A stretch of DNA of 60,502 bases, the filler included, from Dugesia japonica (Eukaryota), in assembly GCA_001938525.1 (NCBI GenBank). It is 6 parts of 6 records of this genome, joined end to end, with 100 filler letters (N's around TTAATTAATTAA, not from the genome) between each part and the next. Parts side by side here need not be neighbours in the genome. Positions count along the whole stretch, not along the records: positions 31,308 to 40,931 come from MQRL01606779.1; positions 41,032 to 51,807 come from MQRL01609602.1; 4 more parts are not named here. One strand, given 5' to 3'. Position numbers and translations under genes: made by a program. The notes beneath the pieces were generated by a model. The model had not been told where the DNA came from, made no database searches, and saw only the letters and a list, made by a program, of their open reading frames with translations. Below, piece by piece: positions 36,943 to 50,027 of the stretch; the stretch's first letter is position 1; the number at the start of each line of letters is the position of its first letter.

Positions 36943-38977
36943 ATGTCAATGAATAATTATGAAAATATTAATAATGGCAGACAAGAAGTCATTTCAATTC
37001 AATGTGGCCAAGCAGGTGTTCAACTTGGTCATGCGTTATGGGAATTAATAACAATAGAACACGATATTTCAGCTAGTGGTTTTATCAATAATCAACCTGA
37101 TGATATATCTTTCACTACATTTTTTTGTCATTCTTCAAATGAACACTATTTCCCAAGGGCTTTAATCTTTGATACAGAACCAACAATTCTAGGTATTTTG
37201 TGCAAATTTAATATTTTATCCCACTAATTTAGATGAAATTCGATGCGGATACTATAGAAAATTATTTCATCCAGATATGTTAATAAATAATTTCCAAGAT
37301 GCATCAAATAATTTTGCAAGAGGTTATATATCAGAGGCTAAACGTATGATATACAATTTAGTAGATAAAACAAGATATTTGATAGAAAATTGTGATAATT
37401 TTTCGGGATTTCTTGTTCAGTCTGGCACGGCAGGTGGTACTGGAAGTGGTTTATTATCAGCATTAATGGAACATCTTCTAACAGAATTTGCAGGTCGAAC
37501 AAATGTTCAACTTTCAATATTTCCAGGACAAAAATTGAGTAATTGTATTGTTCAGCCATATAATTGTATTTTATCTGCAGAAAAGCTTATTTATTGTTCG
37601 GATCTTAACATTTTAATTGATAACGAAATGCTTTATTCAATTTGTTGTAACCAACTTAACATTCAAAGACCAAGTTTTTCAAATATTAATAGAGTTATTT
37701 CACCGACTTTGTCAGGTTTAACTGCGCCTATAAGATTTCATGGAATGATTAACAGTGATTTAAAAGGGATATCTACAAACTTGGTTCCATATCCTAGTTT
37801 ACATTTTCCATTAGTCAGTTATGCTCCACTCAGTTGCATTGACAAACTAGACCATGATTTACTAAACATTGAATCCTTAACCAGATCTTTATTTGATCAA
37901 GAAAATCAGTTTATTGAGGTTGATCTAAAACAAGGTAGTTTTCTGGCATCTGCTTTATTATATCGAGGAAACTGTGATTTATCTAGTGTTCTTAAAACTG
38001 TTCAGGCGATAAAGAAAGAAAGTGATTTTAAATGGGTTGATTGGTGTCCAACGGGATTTAAGATAAGTCATACAGTTCAGCGAGCATGTTCCATTCCATT
38101 TAATGGATCGTTGAATTATGATAAAACAGCAATGATGATTTCAAATCATAGTAGCGTTGCTTCTAATTTACGAATATTAGAAAATAAATTTAGTGTTCTT
38201 TTTAGAAAAAAGGCATATTTACACTGGTATATAGGAGAAGGTATGGAAGAAAGTGAATTTCTTAATGCTGTTTATGAAGTACAAATTATTTCTTCTGATT
38301 ATTTTAATATTGTAGATCGAATTTTTGTTAACAAAACTTATTCTGATAAATCCCAATCATCTTTAAAATTAGAAAATAATATAAAAGAAAAAGATTATAA
38401 TTCAGATTTTTTGGATATTAAAATTTTAAAATTAGATAGCGCAATTGAAACTAGTAAAATTCCTATACAAAGTGAAGAAATTCTACAGAAGAATGTAGTT
38501 AAATATCATTCAAAATTAAGCTTCAAAGAGAACTTAACTGCCCGGAAAGATATAAGTAATTCAAAAGAAACTTTAACTTCAAAAGAAACGAAATCATCAG
38601 AAAGATTATTTTATAATAAACCTTCAAAAACTGATACAAAAGACGATGAATATGGTTATGATATTGACTTAGATGGCCCCTTTAAAAGTTCTAGTGTTCA
38701 TGATTGGTCTCATCTTTTAACCAATAGATCAACAGTTGATTCTGAGTTCGATTCAAATAATGCTGCCGCAGCAATGTATGAAATGTGTGAACAGAATTAT
38801 GTTGCTAATAGTTATAAAACACTTAATAATAAAAAACAAATTCTTCGACAAAGACATTTATCAAAAAGTAATAGCAGCAGAAATTTTATACAAAAAATAT
38901 TTCGTAAAAATAAAGAACTGTTTAATAAATTAATACATAGTCAACACTATGATTTTATGACTATGTGTAAATTATAA
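36943..38977 (+). CDS. Divergent alpha-tubulin-like protein, 664 aa; exons 36943-37192 and 37233-38977
   Basis: QEVISIQCGQAGVQLG, DTEPTIL/DEIR across a 40-nt GT-AG intron, DASNNFARG, GGTGSG, TNLVPYPSLHF, VDWCPTGFK, HWYIGEGMEESEF are alpha-type; no lesions. Confidence 0.9.
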
Positions 38978-39289
38978 TCAGTAAATTGTAATGATTTACA
39001 TGATGTATTACTTGTATATATTTCAAGTAATTGAGAACTTTTAGAATGTAAAGAAAGTTTTAACAAAATTTGTTAAATTTGGGAGATTAAAACCAGTTTT
39101 AAATTAAGCTATTGTATACTTTTATAATTATTCAGTTATATTTTAATACTTTTATGTTTCAAGTTTTAAAACATGAGTCGACAATGTGCTCAAAAAGCCA
39201 TTTTTAAATGCATTTAGCCGATGTATTTAAATTACAGGTAAAAATCAATTTTTGTGCATACTATCAATTTTCTGACAATATTAAGTACA

Positions 39290-39530
39290 GTTCATTAACT
39301 CCTTGTGCAATTTAATGAGAATCAAAGAAACAGGAGTCTTATATTGTGCACAATGTTGCTTTTTCGGCAGGAAAGAGAAGCAAATTTGCATAGACTCATT
39401 AAATGTGATGATAAATGGATACTCTTCAATAACAACACTAGGAAAAGGCAAGGTTAGACACAGGAGAATCACCGAAACACTACTTAAAACACTCATCGCA
39501 CCCTAAAAAGTTGATGGTAGTGTTTGCATA
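39290..39530 (+). pseudogene. mariner transposase fragment
   Basis: LHRLIKCDDKWILFNN and HPKKLMV motifs in shifted frames. Confidence 0.7.
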
Positions 39531-40197
39531 GAAGATTATTTATTTTTGCAACTAGGAAAATTTGGTTAATTGTATAAATTTGTTGGTGTTATGGGTGTCC
39601 TTCGCTAGAACAGGTACTATGCTGTAACATGCAACTGTGATTTAGTACATTCGCCCATTGGATATTTTAATATCATGACTAAATTATTATTTAGAACCCT
39701 TAACTACCCTTAACTGTATGGAAGATACAACTCAAACTCGTAAAAACCCAGCAATAAGGTTGGCATATTTTTTAAATTGCTCATATTACTTAAAAATATC
39801 CATTTCATATATTACGAATAAGTTATTTTCACTATTCGGCAAAGTGCAAATACTTGATTTATTTTTAAAATGGAATATGAATATTGCATTAACTAACCCT
39901 ACTGGCAAACTGAGCATACAGGTTCTTTCCAAGCTTTACGTTATTTTAAAAAAACTTATGACTTCAAATTAGCAAATTTAAATGGAAGCGGCTGTATTAT
40001 AGATGTAGAGGAATTGGCTGGTATTTTAATATAGCAATTACGATCAGAATTGTACTTAATGGGCTGTTTTCACTATTTACATAATACAAATAATTAGGCC
40101 AATATTTATTATGTTCGTTACAACCCTAATAAATATGAAGTTGAGTAATAATTAAAATTTTATAAATTAATAAATAACTATACTTAACATAAAAATA

Positions 40198-40931
40198 TTA
40201 AATTTTTTGCAATATGAATGTCAATAATGTCAAGATACGAGTTTTTAATTTTCCTGATTTAGCTTCTGGATTACTCATTTGACACTGAGAACAAGTTGTA
40301 CACGATAGTCGAGATAATGAATCAGCGTTTGCATGTAAAATTCCCTTTCGATATTCCACCTTAATATCTAAACTGCTTAAAAAGTTTATCCATATCTGGA
40401 ATTGTGAAATAATCAGCCTTTTTGTAGATAACATAAAAGTCATAGCCTTATGATCCGTTCGAAGAATAAATTGTTTACCATACTAATAATGATTGAAGTG
40501 TTGAGTGAAATAATAAATAGCTAACAATTCCTTTCTTGTAATAGAATAACCTCTTTCGTGTAAACTCATTGCATGTGATCCATAAACAATAAATCTTTCG
40601 TTTCCATTTTCATCTAATTGTGCGAGAATTGCTCCAATTGCATCAAAGCTAGCGTCCGCGTCCAAAATAAAAACTTTGTTGAAATCCAAATAGGCTAACA
40701 CTGGAGTTTTCTGTAAAGCAAATTTTAATTGATTAAATGAGTCATCACACTAATCAGACCAAATCAACTTTTCATTACTTTTACCACATAATGCCTCTAG
40801 AATTCTAGCTTTGTCTGCGTATTTATTTATAAATTTTCGAAAATAATTACATAATCTCAAACTTTTAATACATTTCGTCCTTTCAAATTTACTTATTGCT
40901 TCAATTTTACTTTGATCTGTGCGTATTCCCT
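40198..40931 (-). mobile_element. Ty3/gypsy pol fragment (RT end and RNase H)
   Basis: FILDADASFDAIGAILAQ, RKELLAI, EYRKGILHANADSLSR. Confidence 0.9.
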
Positions 40932-41031
40932 NNNNNNNNNNNNNNNNNNNNNNNNNNNNNNNNNNNNNNNNNNNNTTAATTAATTAANNNNNNNNNNNNN
41001 NNNNNNNNNNNNNNNNNNNNNNNNNNNNNNN
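40932..41031. other. Artificial scaffold-joining linker
   Basis: Same 44N-TTAATTAATTAA-44N pattern. Confidence 0.97.
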
Positions 41032-41900
41032 AAATAGTCGAGGATTTGAGCTTGTCAAAAAGTACTTTTTCATAATTGTCTGGATAAAACAAAACAATTT
41101 GTGACTATCCACAACTAATAATAATCCGGATAGGAGAGGTAATCTTTTATCAGATAAAATGATAAATGCGGTTCAAATAATTAGTGAAGATGCAAGTTTA
41201 TGTCAACCTGGTGTTGTGGAAAAATTCAAGGTTGTGAATTTAATAAATGCCAATCCAGTGTTTCAAAATATTTTTAAAAAACTTGGAATAACACGAAAGC
41301 GACTGACAATTATTATGGATAAGAAAAACAGTCCTAAAGTTATAAATACGAGAAGAAACTTTGCTCTAAGATATAATATTGAAAATGATACAGATTATAC
41401 TTTGAAGAAACTGGATTGAATCTACATTCCTTTGCTAAATATGGATATAGTCCCGAAAATTTGCCAACAAGAATAACAGTTTCAATAAGTAACAAGATTT
41501 TAGTGTATTGGTAATTATTTCAACAGAAAAAGTACTGAAATGCAAATACATTGATGGCAGTTATGATTGAAAAATTTTTTAAAATTTTATACTGGAGTAA
41601 TCTTTTTAGTAATAAAATTATTTTAATGGACAATGCTAGGCTGCATAAAAAGAATGAAATAATAATATTAATTATGATTTTGNNNNNNNNNNNNNNNNNN
41701 NNNNNNNNNNNNTTGAGGAGTTTCTTGTTTGTTTTAAGTCGAGATATTATTCCATAAGACCACGTGCAACTAATAAAGCAACTATTAAAATTTATATTGA
41801 TAATTTTATTGAGCGAAATGAACAGAAATAAATGGAAATGAAAAACTTACCATACTATTAGCATTTGAGAGTGTTTTTGCAAAAGCATATACTGGGATTC
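41032..41900 (+). pseudogene. IS630/Tc1-family transposase remnant
   Basis: KKLGITRKRL, ETGLNLH, YGYSP, IILMDNARLHK, EEF motifs in fragments. Confidence 0.75.
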
Positions 41901-43332
41901 ACTTTTGAAATTAAATTGTTTATGGTGGTATATGTGTTATTTAATTTTCTTAAATATAAATTTATAACTTAGTGTTATTTAGTCCTCGAGTTTAAGAAAA
42001 CACTAGATATAATATAATCATAAATGTTTACATGTATATGTGGCGTTTTCTTACAAATAAGACTACTTTGGAATATTCGGAGTAACAATTTGAAATATAA
42101 TTAGTAATATTTTGGAATAAATATAGTAATAGCACTGTATTATTATTATTTAAAAATTTCGTTTAATTTATAATCGACTATTTATTTAATTTACTATTAC
42201 AATTATTGCGAGAATCATTGTTGGACTAAACCATTGATCGAAGCTTTTAATTTAATGAAATTTATAACTGTAAAATGTGTGAGTAGGATATATTTCTGAA
42301 AATTAAATATTGATTTGACCTGTATGTATGTTGTGATTGATGCGACCCATATAAACATTGTGAATGAATGATGTAATGTATTTCTCGAATCATTGCATCA
42401 CTTATATTTTCCATATTTAAGAATGCAATTTGTGTGCAATTGGGACTTTTTTATAATATAATTTTATTTAATTGGGTTTAGTTATGTATACTAATAAAAT
42501 ATATTTTAAATTTTATTTTAAAAATTTATCGATTGTTTATTTTTACATATTCTTATAAGAAAATTGGTCAAATTGTGGAATTTACCGGTAATTTTCCGAT
42601 GGTTGTAGTTTTTTTTAAATCAGACTTTTAAATGTCTGCTTTTAATGAACTATAAATTTCACCTTCTAAAATAATTTGTTATTTTTTCGTAGAGGTAGAT
42701 AATTTATTATGAAAAATAGTTAATTAATAGTCTTTATTCATATTTTTATATTATTTTATAATTTATTAATTTTTAAATTTATTATTTCAATTCATTTATT
42801 TACAATAAAAGCTCTTAATTTACTATCATAATTAATATTTTTAAAATGTTTTGTGTTAATTTATTCTGTAAATCTTTCCATTAATAAGTAAAATGATTTT
42901 AATTTCATTTCATTTAAAATATAATTTCATGTATTTCAGAATATCATCATTTCTATTTCAAAAAACATTAATATTAATTTTTTAAAAACAATTTCTAAAA
43001 GATAAATTTTCAAATACCGGAATGACGTCATGACAACTTAATTTTTTCTTCGTGTTTCTTCGATGTAGATTATATTAGTCGGATTCTATAAAAAATTTAA
43101 AACTTGCAATTCTTTTCGAAGTATTTACAGCAACAATAAATTTTAGTTAAAAAGGAAATAATAAATATTTTATGTTTAATATTTTTCTTAAATTTTCTAA
43201 AAAATTCAATATTGGATTTTTTAAAATAATTCGTATAAAATAAAAATAATATCTAGATTAGATTATAATTTTGTAAAAAAATTGTTTAATGTAAAAGTTA
43301 AAAGACTTGAATTTTCCATAATTATTTATTTA

Positions 43333-45375
43333 TGTCATTTAATATTAACAAATTTAAAACGTTATATCTTTTTATAAATGATAAATAACTGCTCTCTTTT
43401 TCTAATTTTCAATTTTCTTCAGTCATCTAGTCTTCTAGGTTTAAACTGTCCTGTATAATTTATAAGCATCTGAAGTGGACTTTAAAGTTTAATAATTTTG
43501 CAAGGACCCTCATACCTGAAACCTTTTTAAACTTGTGTGGTTCTACTTTCACTATTAATTTTTTCCCTTCAAAATGTCTTCACGTTCGTTTTACACATTC
43601 ATAACTGCTTTGTGTAAATTTCCATCTGCCAGTTTTTTCCTTTCTTTTGTCCGAATTTCCTTCTTGTGGTAATCCGTGTGAGACTTTTCTTCCAAAGATA
43701 ATTTTAAAAGGAGATAGACCGGTTAATTTTTGTTGTGTTGAATTTAATACAAACTCAATTCGTGGAAGTTATTTGTCCCAAACTGATTCTGTGCAGCTGT
43801 TGTTTGCCGTTGTTACCATAATATCTCATAGTGTTCTAATATTTCTTACTGCTTAACAATTTGATTTATGTTGATATGGGGACGGAAATTCTTGTTTAGT
43901 CTCCAATTTCTCTGCAAGTGACGGCATTAACTTTCTTTCAAAATTTTTGCTCTGTCGGTCAAAAAAACTTTTGGCCTATCAAAACGATATATCCAGTTTT
44001 CCTTTATTGCCTCAACTATCGATGTTTCATCATGTTTACTTAACGCAACGAATGACATTAACTTACTTTATCTGTCAACAATGACGAGAATATATTTCTT
44101 TTTGGTTTTCACTTCTGAAAAGTATACATGATATACATGATAACATGTTCCAATGGTCCAAATTCTGTTCTTGGAATAAGAAATTCCTTTCTTCATCCAG
44201 TGTACGTTTTATACATGTTACATATTATACAATTTTTAGTTGATATCTAAATTTCTTTGCATATTTGGCCAAAAATAACTTAAATTCAAATATTCCGTCA
44301 GTTTTTGGCCTCCCATATGATATAATTCATCGTGAATGAAATCTAAAAGGTCGGGTATCGACTTTCCTGCCAGTACAATTCTTTTCTTTTTTCCTTCGTT
44401 GATAATGAGTATCTCATCATCCAGCCTAAACTTTTCAAGTTTGAAAAAATATTTACTTTTGGTCACCATTGTGTTCAGCTTATTATTTATCATTCCACTT
44501 TCAATACGTTCAATGATTTCTCTCGTAATTGGTTCGTTTCTCTGTGCTTCTTTAATATGGCTTCTATAAAAGTTTGTTTTGTCTAAATTGTTGATTTTTT
44601 TAACTCGATGTTGTTCCCCTTTGGCATCTTGATGTATAGTCTGACATTGCGGACAAAGACTCTCTCCTATACTTAAAAGTCCATCAGCATTTCCATGAGC
44701 TGCTCCTTTTCAAAATTCTAGATCGAAATTAAATTCTGCTAGATTTGTTATCTGTGTGAAACTGAGAACTAATAGGCTTACTAGTCTTCGTCATAAAAAT
44801 CCATGCTTTATGATTGGTTCTTGCTTTAAATTACTTGCCCTACAAATAGTGTTTAAAATACACCATAAGCTCATGCAGAGCTAACAATTCCTTGCGAGTA
44901 ACATAATATCCGTTTTCATGATTGTTTAAAGTTCGAGAACCATATGCTATGACCTTTTCCAAACCATTGTCCGTTATTTGACTCAAAACTCCTCCAATAT
45001 TGCTTCAAAACTAGCATCAGTTTCCAATATCATTTCGCCCCTATTATTTCGGAAAGTCAAGATCGTAGCACTACACAATTTTGTCTTTAAAGATTAAGAA
45101 CTATCATCACATTCTTTTGTCCATTCAATGTTCATTTGTCGTCTGAATCATATCATCGGAAAAACTTGGTTTTGTTTATAGCAATTCTTGTGTTGAAGAT
45201 GGCAGCTTTGAAAAAATCTTCTGGNTATCATCTTTTTCTTTCTTCGTCAGTACGCTTATTTTGTCGTGGTTATCAGTTAAAAAACTTTTATTAATAATGA
45301 ATTATTTTAACAAATATTATCATTTAATATTAACAAATTTAAAATTTTTTATAATTTTATAAATGATATATAATT
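43333..45375 (-). mobile_element. Internally deleted Ty3/gypsy element (RH and IN remain) with 58-bp terminal direct repeats
   Basis: Repeats 43333-43390 and 45318-45375; purine tract beside the 3' repeat; ETDAS, RKELLAL, HDELYHMG, PYQH motifs; TSD not convincing. Confidence 0.8.
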
Positions 45376-46068
45376 ATAAAAAGAAATTTAAACCACGTAA
45401 AAAGAGTGCATTATATTTTTGGAATCGCATTAAAAACAGAAGGAGGTGTATAAACATTTTTAGGATTTGTCTCGTTTGCTTTCAGTATCTTTAATTGAAG
45501 CATTTATACTACTTCTTTTTAAAATCGAATAGATTTTCTTTTATAATTGAGACAAAGACAATTTGCATAAGATTTTATGAAATGTATGTTGATTTATATC
45601 AAAATAAAATTTATCTAAATATTTTATTTGCATAATTATTCTGTTTTAATTATAATTTAATTAGCATTTCTTAATCTAGAATTAACAATAACATATTTTG
45701 TAGTACATAATCTATTTATAATTAATTTAATAAATTCATAATTTCTCAAATATGGTAATCCTTTGAAAATCAATTTTAAATTTTAAACTTTCAATCAAAT
45801 TTCCTAGATTTAAATACGTTTATTTTCAATATCTAAAAAATAGATTTAGGTGAATTTGTGGACGCTATTTCGACTAAAATATGTTGGCAAGACATATTTC
45901 TAATAAATTTTGTTAAATTACATTTTTATTATTAAAATAATGCTCATTCTATTTAGTTTATATTGAAAAATTTTAAAATTTAAAATTCTTGGAATTGCTT
46001 TAAACTATATAAATTTCATTTGATAAATTTCTTTTTTTTAATTATAAATCACGACTTTTATTTGTAGT

Positions 46069-49000
46069 AGTAAAAAGACTTGCCATTAATATTTAGTATT
46101 TATTTAAGAATATATATTTTGTATTATTTAAACAAAATTGACTGTTTAAATAATCACTATTTTCTAACTTNNNNNNNNNNNNNNNNNNNNNNNNNNNNNN
46201 NNNNNNNNNNNNNNNNNNNNNNNNNNNNNNNNNNNNNNNNNNNNNNNNNNNNNNNNNNNNNNNNNNNNNNNNNNNNNNNNNNNNNNNNNNNNNNNNNNNN
46301 NNNNNNNNNNNNNATATTATGAGGTTCCTTTTTTACAAGAACATTTTCACCAATTGCAAATTGTCTGTGACCTCTTGTATCTGATTCGTACGTTCTCATT
46401 TCCTCCGCAACTCGTTTCAGTTCTACTTGTGTTTCATTGATAACTTGTTCATGATTAGCGGGCTCATTTCTCGACAACCCATGTAACAGCACTTGTCGCA
46501 AATATGGAACTTCAAATGTAGATCTCTTAATAGCGCTTTGATATGTTGCATTAATTGAAAATTCAATCTTGGAAATGTATTTATCCCAAGTAAATCTATT
46601 CTCATCACTATTCATTGAAGTGACTAACATATCTCTGACTGTTCGAATTGCTCGTGCTGCTAGACCGTTGGCTTAATGTTCGTAAGGTGATGTAAATTCC
46701 TGTGTAATTCCAAATCTTACACACAACTCGTTCATTTTGCTACCTTCAAAAACTCTANNNNNNNNNNNNNNNNNNNNNNNNNNNNNNNNNNNNNNNNNNN
46801 NNNNNNNNNNNNNNNNNNNNNNNNNNNNNNNNNNNNNNNNNNNNNNNNNNNNNNNNNNNNNNNNNNNNNNNNNNNNNNNNNNNNNNNNNATAATAACAAG
46901 CAAGTACTTTTGATTAGACTTATACTCAGAAAAGTAGGCCACATCTATTACAATTTGTTCTAGTCCAAATTCATCTCTTGGTAACAATAGTTATTTTTTA
47001 GACCTTTCTGTTAGCACATATTTCACATTTTTGAATTTCGTGTTCTATTTTTCTACTCATATCAGGCCAGAAATATATCTCTCGAATATATTCCACTAAC
47101 TTCTTGCTTCCAAATGACATAGTTCTTCGTGCAAGTATTTAACTAATTTTGGTGAGTGATTTTCTGGTATAACCATTAGTTTCTTCTCTTGTTCATCTTT
47201 AATCACAATATTCCCAAATAATTTGAATTTATCTAAACTTTTAAAATATCTGCTTTTCTTCACGTCAGTAGTAACATTATTATCCAAGCTTTGTAACCAT
47301 CATGATATTGATCTTAGTATTCCACATTGCTTTTGCAACTCTTCAATATTTTCGTCATAAAATACATTTTCGTTTAAACTGTTTATAAATCGAATTTTCA
47401 ATTTAGTCCATTTACTATCATGGCGTTTAGTTAAGTATTGAATATACAGCTTTTCATTTATTCTGGAAAGTCCGTCAACATTGCTTGTGATCCGTTCCTT
47501 TTCGATATTCTGAATCGAAATTAAATCCAGAAAGATTAGCAAACCAAGTCTGGTGCTGTGGACTAATTGGTTTATTTGTTTTTTTCATATAAGTTAAAGC
47601 TTTATGGTCAGTTCTTATTTTAAACTTTTTCCCAATCATATAATGCTTAAAATGCATAACAAATTCATGAATAGCCAAAAGTTCTTTTCTGGTTACACAA
47701 TAACCTTTCTCATGAGAATTTAAAACTNTCGACGCAGAACCTATAACTTTTTCATCTTCTTGGTTATCGTTTTGACTTAGAACAGCTACAATAGCTCCAA
47801 AATTTGCATCAGGGTTCAGAATTATTTCTTTTGATGGATCAGGAAATGCTAATATTGGTTCTGTAGTTAATTCATACTTTAGCTTTTGGAAACTACTTTC
47901 AGCCTCTTTGGACCACTCGATCAATTTTACATTTTCTGATATCATTGCATACAGTGGTGCAGTAATAGTTGCATAATCTTTGATAAATCGACAATAATAA
48001 TTAGTTAGTCCCAAAAATGATCTTAATTGTGTAACACAACCTGGGATTGGTGCTTNTGTAATTTTTTTAATTTTATCATCCTTTGTTTGAATTCTTTTTT
48101 GACTAATTGTGTGCCTGAAAAAATTCAATCTATCAGTTCCAAATACACAATTTCCTGGATTAACTTTTTTTTGATGCTTTAATTAATTCAAATGCTTTTT
48201 CTAATCTTAGATTATGTTCATCGACAGTTCTTCCATAAACTAAAATGCCATCTAAATAAACAATTACACCTTTATACAGCATTCCTTTAAAAATCAAATT
48301 CATTAAACTCTGAAAAGTCGGTGCTGTACATAAACCGAACGGCAACCAGTTAAAGCAGAATTGTCCAATTTTAGTACTAAAGGCTGTTTTCATTTGTGAA
48401 TCTTTGTCTAACACAACTTGATAATAAGCTTGTCCTAAGTCTCTAGATGATAAAATAGTTTATCCATTTAAAGTATCCTAAAGTGTGTTTATGCCAGGTA
48501 CGGAAATGAAAATTTTTCAGTTACTTCATTCAACCGTCGAAAATCCAAACACATTCGGATAGAACCATCTTTCTTTGGTACTATCACTAAATTAGAATTC
48601 CATGTGCTTTTACATGATCGTAAAATTTTGATTCTAATAAATCTTCAATTAATTTATCAACATTATCTTCTAAATGCATTGGCTGTCTTGGATTTTGAGA
48701 AATCGGAGGTCCTTTAGTATGCTTAATCAATGTAGTGATTCCTAAATCAAATTTGAATGCCATAAAAATCGATCCATATTTTCATTAATTTTTCAATAAA
48801 TGGAGTTCTGTCAGGAACATGCTTTAATGCCGTTTTAACCCGATCACAATCCGTATATGTTATATTTACTTCAAATGAGTCAATAAATTTTACGTCTGCC
48901 AAGAATACTCCACATAATTTCATCATATCGATTCCACCAATAAAACCAGGAGAAATACTTTTAACAACCAAAATTTCTTTCAAAGGTTTATTATTCCATA

Positions 49001-50027
49001 CAATTTGTATTAATATTTTACCAAGACATGATTCATGCTTTGAAGAAAATACACCTGACAATCTAACTTCTGACTTTATCAACTAGGTGCACCAATTCGG
49101 ATCCAATTTTCTTCACTAATCACTGTTATTGGTGCTCCAGAATCCCACAACATTTCAATATCACAGCCATTACAATTCATAATACTNNNNNNNNNNNNNN
49201 NNNNNNNNNNNNNNNNNNNNNNNNNNNNNNNNNNNNNNNNNNNNTCCTCTTTTCTATCTCTATTATTAATATAATTTATTGACTCAACTCCACCGACGAG
49301 ATAGGTACAGTGAGTTGGTAGGAGTTTTTTTTCCGTTTCGCTATCATCAATATCATGGATTTNNNNNNNNNNNNNNNNNNNNNNNNNNNNNNNNNNNNNN
49401 NNNNNNNNNNNNNNNNNNNNNNNNNAATCAAATAACAGTCTTTGAAATTATGAGGAAATAATTATTAATTAATAATCTCACCCAATAGGAATTGAGATAC
49501 CTTTTGAAACACATCTGTAACCATTTTTTTTAACTCGAATCTCAATTTCTGTACTTCTCGTCTGTTCTCTGTTTTATTGAAGACAATTCCTTTACTTTAT
49601 CATAAATCGATTTTGTATTTGTAAAGGTTTCCATAAACCATTTTTCGACCTCATTAGTATCAGAATCATTTGAAAGGTAAATTATTCCCATAACGGTTTT
49701 GCATCACCTGTTAGGAGCATATATAACGCAAAAGCAAATTCCATTTGATTAAATGTCGCAAAATTCTTCGTTGTGTACGTGCAATCTTCGGCATCTTGAC
49801 TAAGACCATCAAAAAAACTTGGTTTCGGAATCAACATTTCTTGGTTTTTTTATTCAAATTATAAAAAATCTTTTGCCTTTCTTCGCTTTTCGGTCTTGTT
49901 AACGCCTTAATTTCGGCGTGGTTGCCAGTAAAAAGACTTGCCATTAATATTAAGTATTTATTTAAGAATATATATTTTGTATTATTCAAACAAAATTGAC
50001 AGTTTAAATAATCACTATTTTCTAACT
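46069..50027 (-). mobile_element. Ty3/gypsy LTR retrotransposon, degraded, with 101-bp LTRs and AGT...ACT termini
   Basis: LTRs 46069-46169 and 49927-50027 (3 mismatches); PBS TGGCAACCACG; TSD GTAGT/ATAGT; DSGA protease, RMCLDFR, LPFGL, YLDG, RKELLAI, SPYEH. Confidence 0.92.

Noticed and set aside
42190-42262. Short repeat also seen near 51047-51120 (inverted) and 51968-52033
   Set aside because: Ordinary interspersed repeat fragment with no definable ends
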